Counted from the stretch's first letter, positions 1 to 10,695 are shown. The stretch: DNA of 64,000 bases from Monocercomonoides exilis PA203 (GCA_001643675.2 LSRY02000027.1:620001-684000); one strand, 5' to 3'. Notes: generated by a model not told the origin, from the sequence alone. Translations and numbers: made by a program.

Positions 1-3000
1 GGAGGAGGCGAGTCGGTGAATCTCTCGCTCAGCACCGAAATGTTGGAGGAGGAAGAAACAATGGTCAGTGAAGAGATGGATGATGAATCTGAATCATCGG
101 AAGAGCAGTCGGAGTGGAGGGCAATGCAGATGACCATGTGTTCGGAGAAGAGCACAATGTGCGGGCTCAGATTGGCCAAAGAGGGGAGGCCATCTTCCTC
201 GTCCTCAAAGGCGTGGAGCGCCCCATTCGCCACCCAGAACAGGATTTGGGCAGCTGTCATCTCCCTCTCCTTCAGCGTGCCAATCGCCATCTCCTTCTTT
301 TCATTCCTCCCATGCAGCAACATGAACAGAGAATCCCTCAGGTCCACAATCAGCTTCTCATGTGGTGAAGAGCACGCCATTGCATCCACCAAGTTCGACA
401 TGGATGAAGTGGTGGGGCACAGATCCTCTCCGCGAACAAATGTGGATTCTGTGTCTGAAGTGTCTATTGTTGAAGTGGATGAAATGGATGGTGATGGTGT
501 TCTCTTTCGAATCTCTTCTTCTTCAACCTTTTCCAGTACCCATTCTGGGATCTTGTCTGAGTCTCTTCCAAGAATGTATTCAGTTGAACCACACTCAGAA
601 AGAAGATGCTCTGATGACTCGGAGTGCCCCAAGCTTTTCTCATACACTCTTTTCTTTATCCTCTCATCGTTCTTCTTCTCAACATCCCCTGACACTCTCC
701 TCCACTGCTCCTCGGGTGACATCTCCATCGTCACCATCTCAAATGCCTTCGGATCCTTTCTGATGTTATCGTTCACAATCTCTTCTAACTCTTCGGTTCT
801 TCTCTTTTGCTTTCTCCATCGGATGGTCACAACAACAGATGCAATAATCACGATCATGAGAATTATTGCCATAATGATCACGATGATTGGCCAAAGTGAT
901 TTTCCTTCTTTCCCTCCTTCAGCAATTCTTTCATCGCTGTTTCCTTGGATTTCACTTCTGTTCTTCAGGATGAATGCCCCGGTCGATGAAGGAGCATCTT
1001 TCCTGCCAAACAGAATGCACACTGACACTTCTGTCTCTGCACCCACCGCTGCCAGCTGTGCCGACAGAATGGCTGTTTGGATTTCATTCTCCCCCACATA
1101 TCCATCTTCCTCGATCTCATGACCCTCGATATGCTCTTCGCTCCCGTCTCTGAAGCACACTCTCACCGACAGATTGCACGGCACCAACAACTTTCCGCGT
1201 ACACTCAAACTTATCTTCTCTCCTCCTCTGCCCATCTCTGCAGACTCCAGCACAGGGATAAACAGCGCAGAAGGTCTCTCTCCTGCAATCCCCTCCAATG
1301 TGCATCCCTCATCCAGAATCCACAGTGATGTGTTATCCTTCAATCCATCTCCCCCTTTCAAGTTGACAACATTCACCATTCCCGAATCCGAGCAGAGAAT
1401 ATTTCTTCTGATTGATGGATATTTTTCAATGGATGGGTTGTTGTTCTCAAACTTACCATCTTCAATTTTCAAACTTCCTCCCCAAATGGAAAGACCTCCA
1501 TCAGAGCAGTTCACAAAACTCATATCCTTTATATAACCTGAGCTCTCCTTCATCTCAACAACTGATCCATTCCATTTGCACACATCCACTTCCTCATTTG
1601 ATTGCTTTTCATTTATTTTTCCGTCAAACAAGCACTGCTTCATCTGAATATTCTTGCACATCAAAAGAGATATCATCTTCCCTTTCTTTCTTCTCGATTC
1701 ACATCCAACAAACGAACAGTTCGAAAACTCCACATTTCCTTCCATCTCCTCAACATCAACCACTCCTGCACTCTCATCCACACACGTGATGTTCTCAAAT
1801 GAAGATGACAGAATTAAAATTGAAAACTCATTATCCTCTCTGTTCTTCATTTCTGCTTCATCGCCATTCACACTCTCCATCCATCCATTTTCCACTCTCG
1901 AATTACCAGCTCCACTGATCTTCAAATAACCTTTTCTTCCCTCAATATTTCTGAGTGTCAACCCACTCACGTCAGTATCTCCTTCAATCTGCATCACTGT
2001 TTCACTCAAAAACGAAAGCCACATAACACTCACATTCCCCATTGAGCATTTCCCTCTTTCCACATATATCAGACAGAATGGCACTTCCACCATTTCCCTC
2101 TCAACCGAGCTCACTCCTTCAAATGAACACATGCTGATCGATGTCTTTCCTGAACTTATCTTCATAAATGATGAATGCGTTGTTGGAAGTGGAGTTTGTG
2201 TTGTTTCAACTTCTTCAAATGAAAATTGAATCCATCGCACATGCACCTGCTCATTTGTCTCCACAATCATTTCTTTGCTGCAATTCATCCTCCCTTTCAC
2301 AATCACACGGCTCTGCGCTTCATGAATCCCGCTCAGTGTGAGTGTCTCCAATCCAATTTCCTCATCAATCACTGACTCCTCGTCAACAAACACCTGGCTG
2401 AAGAAATCGTGTGTCAGATGCCTCAGCCCAAACCCAATCGTTGCACAAGGAAGTGAAGGCTTCCCACATTGCTGTTCATTCCTCCCTCCTTTCCCTTCTT
2501 TGCTCGAGATAACAATCGTGTCTGACTGGTATTTCACAATCAGAGTCATCAAATCAATTGCCTTCTCTTTGTGCTCTCCCGCATCCATCCCATAGATTGC
2601 ATTTTGTTCGATGAACTCTTTATCACGGAAGTCAATGTTGAACTGTGTTTCGTTGATCTGTCTCTCTATGCAGTCGCACATAATAAACACATCATTCCCA
2701 ATACTTGCTGTATTCCTTCGGAAAATCACACCATCAAACACATAATCCAGCTCTCCCCTCAATTCAGTCTTCAGATACACTCCACCTCCTTTCCCTACGC
2801 TCACAGAGCATCCACACTGCTTCACGCTCGTGTTCACAACATCGAACAACCCTCCTTCATTCAACTCAAACAGAATCGCCCCTCCCTTTGTGCTTCTTCC
2901 ACAACTGCACCCTTCTATCAGCGAATCTTCAACAACAAGCGTCACTCCACTTCCGCTCTTGCTCAAAATAACACTCGGATCAACTCCTTCTCCTTCAACT

Positions 3001-6000
3001 GATCCAATACTGCAATTCTTCATCCTCATCTCACCTTCTCCATTTGCTCCCTCTCCTTCAATTTCAAACAAACCCCCACTCTCCAATTTCGCTTCAATAA
3101 CTGTAAATTCGTCAATCACACTCACAACTTCTCCACTCACCGCAAACACACCTCTCTTCCCAAAATACGAAAGTAATTTGAACCTCTTCATCTCCAGCTC
3201 CCCTTTCTTCACAACACAAAATACAACGTTTCCCATCCCTTCTCTCTTTCCCTTCCATGAGATCGAACAGTCTTCCCATTCAATTTTCTCTCCCTCACTC
3301 ACAATCATCCCTGCTTCTCCACTTCCCAAAACATTCATCACACACATCTCCAGTGCTCTCAGAATGATCATTCCACTGTTGCGAATGCACACTTTTGTTC
3401 CACTTTCTCCTTCACTCCCCATCACAACTGTTCCATATTCCATCTCATCACATCCTGCTCCCACTGATTCCACATCAATCCCACTCAAATCATGTTCCCC
3501 CTCCACTCTTATCTTTTCCTTCACTCCCACCACTTTTCTCCCTTCTCCTCTCTCAATATGCTTCAATCCCATTTCCAATGTCTCACACGGATCCTCTTCA
3601 CTCCCACATCGAACAACATCATCTCCGTTTTCCCACACCACTATCCTCTCGCTCCTGTATTCAATGATAAATCTCAACAGATCTGTGCTTATCCGCTTCT
3701 CATCACTTCCAACAAACAGATTCTGATCATCTTCCATCCCCTCAACATGAATCGCAAATGTCTCATTCCTCACAGTCACATTTAGATCTTTATCCAAAAT
3801 GAACATGTTCTTCCCAACAAATGCCTCGTTCCCCGCAAACTTCACTCCCTCAAACTTGAATGGTATCCATCCCCTCCTTTCACTGCAATTCGCATACAGC
3901 CATCCTCCTTTCCCAACACTTGCTTCCTCTGCATTACACTCCTTCATTAGCCCACCATTCACATTAAGAAGCGCGTTTTCAACAGCTGCAATACACATTC
4001 CTCCTCCATTCCCTCTCCCTGCCACACATCCCTCAACGCTCGTGTTCCGCACATCTACTATCCCTCCTTCACCAACCGTTCCACGCACCATCCCTCCATC
4101 TCCATCTTTCACAAGGATACTGCTCCCATTGCATCTCCAAATGGATACCTCTTTCGCATCAAGTCCCCTTATCACTCCTGAATTTTCAAAATTACATGAA
4201 CTCCACGAACACTCCCTCATCTTCGCAATACAGTTGCTCTCTACACAAATCATACTGCTTCCTCCCATGTTGCACCCACTGGCAATCACTCTTTCTGATG
4301 TGAGAATGCTTCCTTCCTCACAAACAATAAATCCTTTTTCTCCTTCAAACGTGATATCATTCAGCTCCACATTCTTCAACGAGACAGATGACAATCTCCC
4401 ATTCGCTCTTATTCCAGCCTTACCAAACCTCACAGAATCAAATCTCAGTGAAGTCACATTCGCCTCTCCCTTTTCCACGACAATAAAGCTGTAACCAACA
4501 TAACTCACTCCAACTCCAACTTCAAATGTGACAATACATTCACTCAAGTTCAGTGTTTCTCCTTTCAGCTGGAATATCGCCTCATGATGCTCAAGAACAG
4601 ATGGAATCACCAGCTCAATCTTTCTCATCGTTGTTTCCTTCAACGCCACAAATACTCCGTTGCATCCTTCCTCATCACCATTGCATGCTACCTCGCATTT
4701 AACAACAAGTGATCCATCATCACCTGTTCCTTCAATCACTCTTGCCATTTTAGAAAAGATCACTGTCGAACCAACCTCAACTCCATTTCCAGCTTTCATC
4801 CTCACTTCTGTTCCATCTGCTGATGTATTCTCTTCCCTTTCAATCGGACAGTTCAATGTTCGGCACTCGAAAAATGTGTGCCCACACTGAGGATGGTCAG
4901 CTCCTGAAGCTGAAACATAGATCTCACTCCTCGGAACATCCAGGAGATAGCACACAATCGGAATCACCAGTGTTGCATTGTTTGTGTCTCCCGCTCCCTC
5001 CGCATCATGCACATCTTCACTCAAAAGCGAAACAAATTCATACCTCTCTTTCGGTATCAACTCCAGATGAGGCGAGGAAATAAACACATTCTTTCCATGA
5101 ACCGCATCGTTTCCTTTAAAAACTACATTTGATATTTCAAATTCAGTTTCTGGTTCTTCTAGCATAAGGTGCAACGCTCCTCCACCGCCAAAGTCTGATG
5201 ATGAATTATCAAAAGCAGAGCATTTGCAAAATGTCACTTTTTTACTGTCATCACTAATGTTACCAATTCTCAAAAAAGATCTATTATTCAACATGATGCT
5301 TATGCATCCTCCATTCCCATTCATGCAACTGCAATTTACATGTGATACATTTTCAATTGTTAACTGCTGCGAAAATGATAATGATGCTTCAATAACTGTT
5401 CCACTTCCTGAAACTCTTGTTATTGAATCAAGTGCCAATCCACTAAAATTTAGATGATTAAACTCTGCTAACTTGAAAAGAGGATAAAGTGAAAAGAAAG
5501 ATTTAATTTCAACTGATTGAAATGATACAATTCCATTTTGAATGATAAAAATAGATTGTTGCAATGGTTTGGACAAGTCGCTTGCATATTTAATCCAAAG
5601 TTTGTTCAATGACAAACATGAATCTTGCATCACTTCAAACAACGAGAATTTCTTTTCAGGATTTATATCAAACAAAATATTCAACGAATGAATTGAGAAG
5701 TTTCCATTCTCAATGTGGCACCAGCTTGGAAGAGTTATATTTGTGATTATTGAAGGTGCTTTAATTTCTGCATTTGAAATTGAAGGCGTTGAATAAGACG
5801 TTTCAAACACTTCTTGGGCATAAATGGAAATTGTTCTGTGATTCACAAAAAGACAATCAGTCATATAAGTTTCTTCGCTGACAAAAACATTTAATGATCG
5901 AAGAAACGTTATGTGAGATATGGCGTAATGAATAGATTTGCATTCTTCACCTTCAACTCCACATATAAGAGTGTCCAAACCACTATTTAAATTCACATGT

Positions 6001-7433
6001 AATTCAACTGGACTCATATCTGGAATCCAATCTGGTTCGTTATAAGACGAATTACAACTTCCAGAAATTGGACATCTTACAAAGCGAGGTTGTTCACTTG
6101 TTGAGAAGCATAATTGAAAAGAAGATGAATTAACATACGAAAAAAATGTTGAATTACAAGCCACATCATTCCCATCTTCTCCAGCTTTGTTATTAAGAAA
6201 CATCAAAAATCTAAACTTTAGTGATGTTGTTGAAATGGGAGACCACAAATAAATTGCTCCACCCCTATATCCAGCATAATTATTTTCGAATATACAGTTA
6301 AAAATTCTATAGTTATTGGGTGGATAAGGAACACCTATTGATCCTCCATATGACTTTGAAGTGCAGCGTGAGAAATTACATTCCGCCAAGAAACTGTTTT
6401 CATTCATTCTTTCCATGTTTAACGCACCAAAATAATTATCAACGACCGAACAATTCATGAATTGTGAATTCACAACAATTGTAGTAGTTCCGAACCAAAG
6501 AGATATTGCACCGTCTTGAATTCTTGATGAGCAGTTTTGATATGTGCAATTTATGATATTTGTTTGGCACTCGGATTCATGATAAACAGCTCCACCAAGT
6601 TTTTCTGCGCTGCAGTTTTTGAAAATGCATTTGATTGCGTCCAAATTGCATTTATTTCCAGCGTATATAGCACCACCGTTAGATGCAGATGAACAATTAG
6701 TAAATGCATCGCAATTGAACACAGCATTAGTTGTTGGTGTTTGCCTGCCATTTTCTCCGATGTATTCAGTATTGTTAATTGCTCTCCGATTACAAAAAAG
6801 ATATGTTGTATTTTCAGATTTACAAGATGATGAACATGAAATAAAGAAAGGAATTAATGAATAGCATGGCAAATGATCAATAGAAATAAATGAAGTTGAA
6901 GAAAAACAAGACAAATGTCCCTTTAATAATGGTTTCCAATTAGCTTTGATATGAGGCACTGATAGGTTTAAAAACAAGCATCTGTGAACATTGCACGATA
7001 TTACAGATGAAGATTTCTCGAACGAGTGTGACAAAAAGGAAATAGAATTAAAAGTGCTTGACGATAAACTAAATGAATTAACGGGAACCGTTAACTGTCT
7101 TGCATTAACACTTGAAATTATTGAATGATATTCTAATATTGAATCTGTGGCTTTAATTGTTATGTTTATTAAATCAACGTTGCTTTTATCACAAGTTAAC
7201 AAATTTTGGGACTTTTTCGAAGAAATATCAATATGGCACGCAACCATCTGTAGTTGCGAAGAAATAAGTGTTGAAACGTATTTATCATCTTTCTCAGATT
7301 TTTTCCAAACTTTATTGAACGATAATGAAGAGTTATCAGAAACGATACCTGTAGAAACGATTGAAAGGAACCCAGTATTATGTTTTTCTGATTGAATTTC
7401 AAAGATGATGAGAGCAATGATGAATAAGTCCAT
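1..7433 (-). CDS. Giant type-I membrane protein with Pmp-like (GGAI/FxxN) Cys-rich modular ectodomain, one TM helix and a cytoplasmic pseudokinase-like domain; 3' end lies beyond the window (>2477 aa)
   Basis: ATG at 7433 (MDLFIIALIIFEIQS, signal-like). Hand translation of both ends gives the same frame, and the track lists no stop-terminated ORF in this frame, so it appears open to base 1. Motifs: SNGGAIY, KLGGAVY, and four G-x-D/N-x3-CG-x5-C modules (~5960, 4880, 3610, 2460). TM WPIIVIIMAIILMIVIIASVVVTI (~820-893) is followed by RWRKQKRR. Cytoplasmic DSLFMLLH...QILFWVANGALH...ANLSPHIVLF. Confidence 0.88.
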   Translation of the reverse strand, partial: MDLFIIALIIFEIQSEKHNTGFLSIVSTGIVSDNSSLSFNKVWKKSEKDDKYVSTLISSQLQMVACHIDISSKKSQNLLTCDKSNVDLINITIKATDSILEYHSIISSVNARQLTVPVNSFSLSSSTFNSISFLSHSFEKSSSVISCNVHRCLFLNLSVPHIKANWKPLLKGHLSCFSSTSFISIDHLPCYSLIPFFISCSSSCKSENTTYLFCNRRAINNTEYIGENGRQTPTTNAVFNCDAFTNCSSASNGGAIYAGNKCNLDAIKCIFKNCSAEKLGGAVYHESECQTNIINCTYQNCSSRIQDGAISLWFGTTTIVVNSQFMNCSVVDNYFGALNMERMNENSFLAECNFSRCTSKSYGGSIGVPYPPNNYRIFNCIFENNYAGYRGGAIYLWSPISTTSLKFRFLMFLNNKAGEDGNDVACNSTFFSYVNSSSFQLCFSTSEQPRFVRCPISGSCNSSYNEPDWIPDMSPVELHVNLNSGLDTLICGVEGEECKSIHYAISHITFLRSLNVFVSEETYMTDCLFVNHRTISIYAQEVFETSYSTPSISNAEIKAPSIITNITLPSWCHIENGNFSIHSLNILFDINPEKKFSLFEVMQDSCLSLNKLWIKYASDLSKPLQQSIFIIQNGIVSFQSVEIKSFFSLYPLFKLAEFNHLNFSGLALDSITRVSGSGTVIEASLSFSQQLTIENVSHVNCSCMNGNGGCISIMLNNRSFLRIGNISDDSKKVTFCKCSAFDNSSSDFGGGGALHLMLEEPETEFEISNVVFKGNDAVHGKNVFISSPHLELIPKERYEFVSLLSEDVHDAEGAGDTNNATLVIPIVCYLLDVPRSEIYVSASGADHPQCGHTFFECRTLNCPIEREENTSADGTEVRMKAGNGVEVGSTVIFSKMARVIEGTGDDGSLVVKCEVACNGDEEGCNGVFVALKETTMRKIELVIPSVLEHHEAIFQLKGETLNLSECIVTFEVGVGVSYVGYSFIVVEKGEANVTSLRFDSVRFGKAGIRANGRLSSVSLKNVELNDITFEGEKGFIVCEEGSILTSERVIASGCNMGGSSMICVESNCIAKMRECSWSSCNFENSGVIRGLDAKEVSIWRCNGSSILVKDGDGGMVRGTVGEGGIVDVRNTSVEGCVAGRGNGGGMCIAAVENALLNVNGGLMKECNAEEASVGKGGWLYANCSERRGWIPFKFEGVKFAGNEAFVGKNMFILDKDLNVTVRNETFAIHVEGMEDDQNLFVGSDEKRISTDLLRFIIEYRSERIVVWENGDDVVRCGSEEDPCETLEMGLKHIERGEGRKVVGVKEKIRVEGEHDLSGIDVESVGAGCDEMEYGTVVMGSEGESGTKVCIRNSGMIILRALEMCVMNVLGSGEAGMIVSEGEKIEWEDCSISWKGKREGMGNVVFCVVKKGELEMKRFKLLSYFGKRGVFAVSGEVVSVIDEFTVIEAKLESGGLFEIEGEGANGEGEMRMKNCSIGSVEGEGVDPSVILSKSGSGVTLVVEDSLIEGCSCGRSTKGGAILFELNEGGLFDVVNTSVKQCGCSVSVGKGGGVYLKTELRGELDYVFDGVIFRRNTASIGNDVFIMCDCIERQINETQFNIDFRDKEFIEQNAIYGMDAGEHKEKAIDLMTLIVKYQSDTIVISSKEGKGGRNEQQCGKPSLPCATIGFGLRHLTHDFFSQVFVDEESVIDEEIGLETLTLSGIHEAQSRVIVKGRMNCSKEMIVETNEQVHVRWIQFSFEEVETTQTPLPTTHSSFMKISSGKTSISMCSFEGVSSVEREMVEVPFCLIYVERGKCSMGNVSVMWLSFLSETVMQIEGDTDVSGLTLRNIEGRKGYLKISGAGNSRVENGWMESVNGDEAEMKNREDNEFSILILSSSFENITCVDESAGVVDVEEMEGNVEFSNCSFVGCESRRKKGKMISLLMCKNIQMKQCLFDGKINEKQSNEEVDVCKWNGSVVEMKESSGYIKDMSFVNCSDGGLSIWGGSLKIEDGKFENNNPSIEKYPSIRRNILCSDSGMVNVVNLKGGDGLKDNTSLWILDEGCTLEGIAGERPSALFIPVLESAEMGRGGEKISLSVRGKLLVPCNLSVRVCFRDGSEEHIEGHEIEEDGYVGENEIQTAILSAQLAAVGAETEVSVCILFGRKDAPSSTGAFILKNRSEIQGNSDERIAEGGKEGKSLWPIIVIIMAIILMIVIIASVVVTIRWRKQKRRTEELEEIVNDNIRKDPKAFEMVTMEMSPEEQWRRVSGDVEKKNDERIKKRVYEKSLGHSESSEHLLSECGSTEYILGRDSDKIPEWVLEKVEEEEIRKRTPSPSISSTSTIDTSDTESTFVRGEDLCPTTSSMSNLVDAMACSSPHEKLIVDLRDSLFMLLHGRNEKKEMAIGTLKEREMTAAQILFWVANGALHAFEDEEDGLPSLANLSPHIVLFSEHMVICIALHSDCSSDDSDSSSISSLTIVSSSSNISVLSERFTDSPP

Positions 7434-7781
7434 CTAAATTTTCTTTGGTGATCTTAGTTAATCTTTGCCCATATTTTGAAATTTGAGTTGATATAAATGA
7501 AAATGTTTAACTGTTGATATCAAATGCATTTCAGAAAAGTCATTTTTTATTGATATTTAGATTTCAAAGAGAGTGTGCAGATTTATTTTTCGATAGTGCA
7601 TTCATTCAATAATAAAACACTTTTCTTAAATATTGTTTATTTTCATCGAAATGACAAAAAATGAAAAATAATAAATATAATAATAATAAAGAAATTCAGT
7701 AAAATACAATGTAATCAAACCATTTCAGTATAATTATCAATAAATTGAATTTTATTGATTAAGATAAAACATTAGTTTGGT

Positions 7782-9869
7782 TTATTCCTTTATTTCCTCT
7801 TTAGTATCAATGCTTTCATTTTCTTCATTAGGTTTTTTAACTCCAGAATTTGAAGTCAGCAAAGTGTTAACACTTTTATCAATATCTTCGATTTTATCTT
7901 CTTTTTCATTTTTTTGTGCTTTTTCTGTATTTCCCTTTGTGCTGCTTTGCCAAATTTTCTTTTTTTTCTTCACCAATGTTATTGAGTCTTTTGTTTCCCA
8001 CTTAGCGAGGTAAGGAAGATTATACTCAGCAGGAGCGTCAGAAAGAAGTTCTGCATATCGCACATTCAGTGACAAAGCTGGTTTGTATTCTGCATTAAAA
8101 ATAAAATCACCATACAGAGACAAAAAACTTTTCGAAAATGTATGATGTTGCAAATGCATCAAGAATGATCAAAATCTGTGAGAATAAAAAAACAAAACAA
8201 ACTTTAATAATTCTTGTATTGTTGAAGATAGATATTCGAAGTCGGTTGTTTGATAAAAAGAAGAATTTTGATGAAGAAGAGAAGGAAGCTTTGCTAAAAG
8301 ACGAAGAAAATGTTCTCCTCCGTAAATATCACAGAAGTTTTCAATATTTGCTGGGAGAATTCCGTCAGTCAGAACGTCGAGCGAAATATGATGTGAGGAG
8401 GAAGCAGAAGAAAATATGTGTCCATCATTGCTTTGGACTTGTAATTTTGGAGTTGTAGAAGGCGTTGGAAAAGCTGATGATGAGGGAGTTGGAAAAGGAG
8501 AAGAGGAGTCACCAAGAATTGATGGGAAAATAATCTGATTTGTCATCGAAGAAGAAAAATCGAGAGGGGAAGGAAAAGCATCCAGTGAAGACATGTTTGG
8601 AGCAAGTAGCATTGAGGGTATTATTGATGATAATGAATATGATGAGGAAGATAAAGAAGAAATTGATTGTGTTGAAGGTGACTGAGAAGGTGAATTAGAA
8701 GAAAGTTGTTTTGATTCGGTTGAAGGTGATGGGCAATCGACAGGTGCAGAAAGTGGATGAGATAATTGAGGTTGTTCAATTTGTTGAGAGCAACTGCTAT
8801 TTTTTGCTTGTATTTCTTGAGTTAATTCAGGAGAATCTTCTATTATGTCATCAAATAAATCATCGTCGTTATCCAGTGACTGTGGATCTGTTTTCTTTTT
8901 TAAAAGCCACTGGAAACATTTAAATTGAAGTAATTCTTCGTCAGTTAGCAGTATTGATTCTATACATATATTAAAGTAGTTCCGCAAATCCTTTAAAAGT
9001 CTGACTAATAGCTGATCTTGAATGTTAATTTCAGATTCTTTGGATTCATTGTTTTCCTTTGCAATTGTTTCACCCGAATTTTTCGTTCCTTCCAATTGTG
9101 AAGCCCAATTTTTTTGTTCAGAATTGCTATCAGAATGCTTTGTTTCAAGCTTATTGCAAATTGATAAATCTCCTTTTGATGCTCTATAAAGAATTAAAAA
9201 TGTATTTAAAATTGTTGTAATGGATGGTTTACGTGGCAATGAAATTAACTGTGTTAAATTTAAAAATTGAAGAATCTTGTACAAGAGAGATTTCACACGC
9301 TTTCGCCTCCAGACGTTTTTTCGTAATCTGAAATCAATTGCATGCTCAAAGAGTTTGGAAAAGAAATTGAAAAATGTTTTTTCCTTTTGTTTTTCTCTGC
9401 TTCTGTGTTTGCCATCCTTTTTTTACTTCTATTTTGAAAAGATAACAACTCTATTCGAAGATTAAAAAGGAAATTATTTAAAATTCAGTGATTAAAAATG
9501 ATAAATCAAAAGTTAAATACCTTCTGCAGATTCTTGATCTTGTTCTAAATCAGAAAAATTCACGCTTTCTTCGCTTTCTGAATAACAATCTTCATTTTCA
9601 AGAAGATGCGATAATAGCTCTTTCCTCTTGATTTTTCCTTCTCGATAAAGTTCTTCTTTTTTTATTATACGGGCGACTTTCGCATTTTCTTTGGTATCTT
9701 TCATCATCATGTACGACGTTCGCCATTCATCATGAGATGCACCCCAACCCCGGTATCTTAGTTTGTATTCCGTAATTCCATCGCTTTGGCGCATGTCATA
9801 TATTGTTGCCTTATAATAGCAAACGCCAGATTTACCATATACCACCTCCTTCAAATGATATTCATCCAT
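7782..9869 (-). CDS. MRG15/Eaf3-family chromatin protein (N-terminal chromo-barrel/Tudor-knot plus MRG domain), 3 exons
   Basis: Exon 1 (9869-9521) contains YYKATI...YKLRYRGWGASHDEW (chromo-barrel). Exon 2 contains LISLPRKPSITTIL, LRNYFN..ILL..EELLQF and DIYGGEHFLRLLAKLP (MRG signatures). Intron 8202-8128 joins in frame to FLSLYGDFIFNAEY. The first intron acceptor (~9428) does not give a clean frame, so that boundary is uncertain. Confidence 0.9.
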
Positions 9870-10027
9870 TAGAATGAAAATTTTAAAAAAGTAAATTAAC
9901 AATGGTTATGATCTTTTTTCATTCAAAAATCAGTTGTTTGCAGTTTATGAATGCAAAAGAAATATTTATTCAAATTACCAGTTTAATTTTCTCCAAATAA
10001 TAAACGAATGAGAACAATCAAACACAC

Positions 10028-10029
<2 letters not shown>

Positions 10030-10066
<37 letters not shown>
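10030..10066. repeat. Poly(dT) tract, T37
   Basis: 37 consecutive T in the divergent intergenic region between starts at 9869 (-) and 10696 (+). Confidence 0.95.
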
Positions 10067-10067
<1 letters not shown>

Positions 10068-10695
10068 ACGAAGAGCTGTTGAATTATAAAAATCGAATTC
10101 TTTTTTCCCATAAGTGTTGGATGTATTTGAATAAATATATATATCCTTCAAAAGGCCTTTTTTCATTTCCAAAATAGACCTCAACATTCTTTTAAGATGT
10201 CATAGCTGGTTAACAATATAGATTTCTCTTCATTTCTGCCCTCTTTATATTTTCATAAAATGAAAATATTTTCCTAATGTTAAAAATTTAGATAATATCA
10301 TTTCCAATTGTGTTGTTTGACTCGCTTTGCTCACGGAACCATTTGAATTATAATCTTGAATGTTAGTGTAATTTCAGTAATACATTGTCCTTAAAGAAAA
10401 CTTATTTGAACAAAATATGACTACCACAAATATATAAGAATTTTTAAATAATCGCATGGAAATGCATTGCATATCTTTTATGAATATAGTAGTTGCTTTT
10501 TATGAAATTAAATTTTAAAATAGAGAAATAATCAAAGTTCATTCTTCAAAACTATATTCAATTTGTGAAATTGTTTTCTTTTTGCAATCATTGAGATTTC
10601 AAACAATAAAATCACTTTGAAAAGAACAATTCTTATGTATTAAATCACAATAGTTTTGATCTAGATCTTATGTATAATTAATATAGATTTTTCAC

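Noticed and set aside
16-5457. Plus-strand ORFs such as 16..1122, 2830..3726 and 3799..4494
   Set aside because: Antisense shadows of the long minus-strand surface-protein gene; S/P/F-rich with no motifs.
9423-9425. In-frame TAA as evidence for TAA/TAG=Gln recoding, as in some oxymonads
   Set aside because: Multi-kilobase Gln-rich ORFs here have no internal TAR codons, and several genes end in TAA, so the standard code fits.
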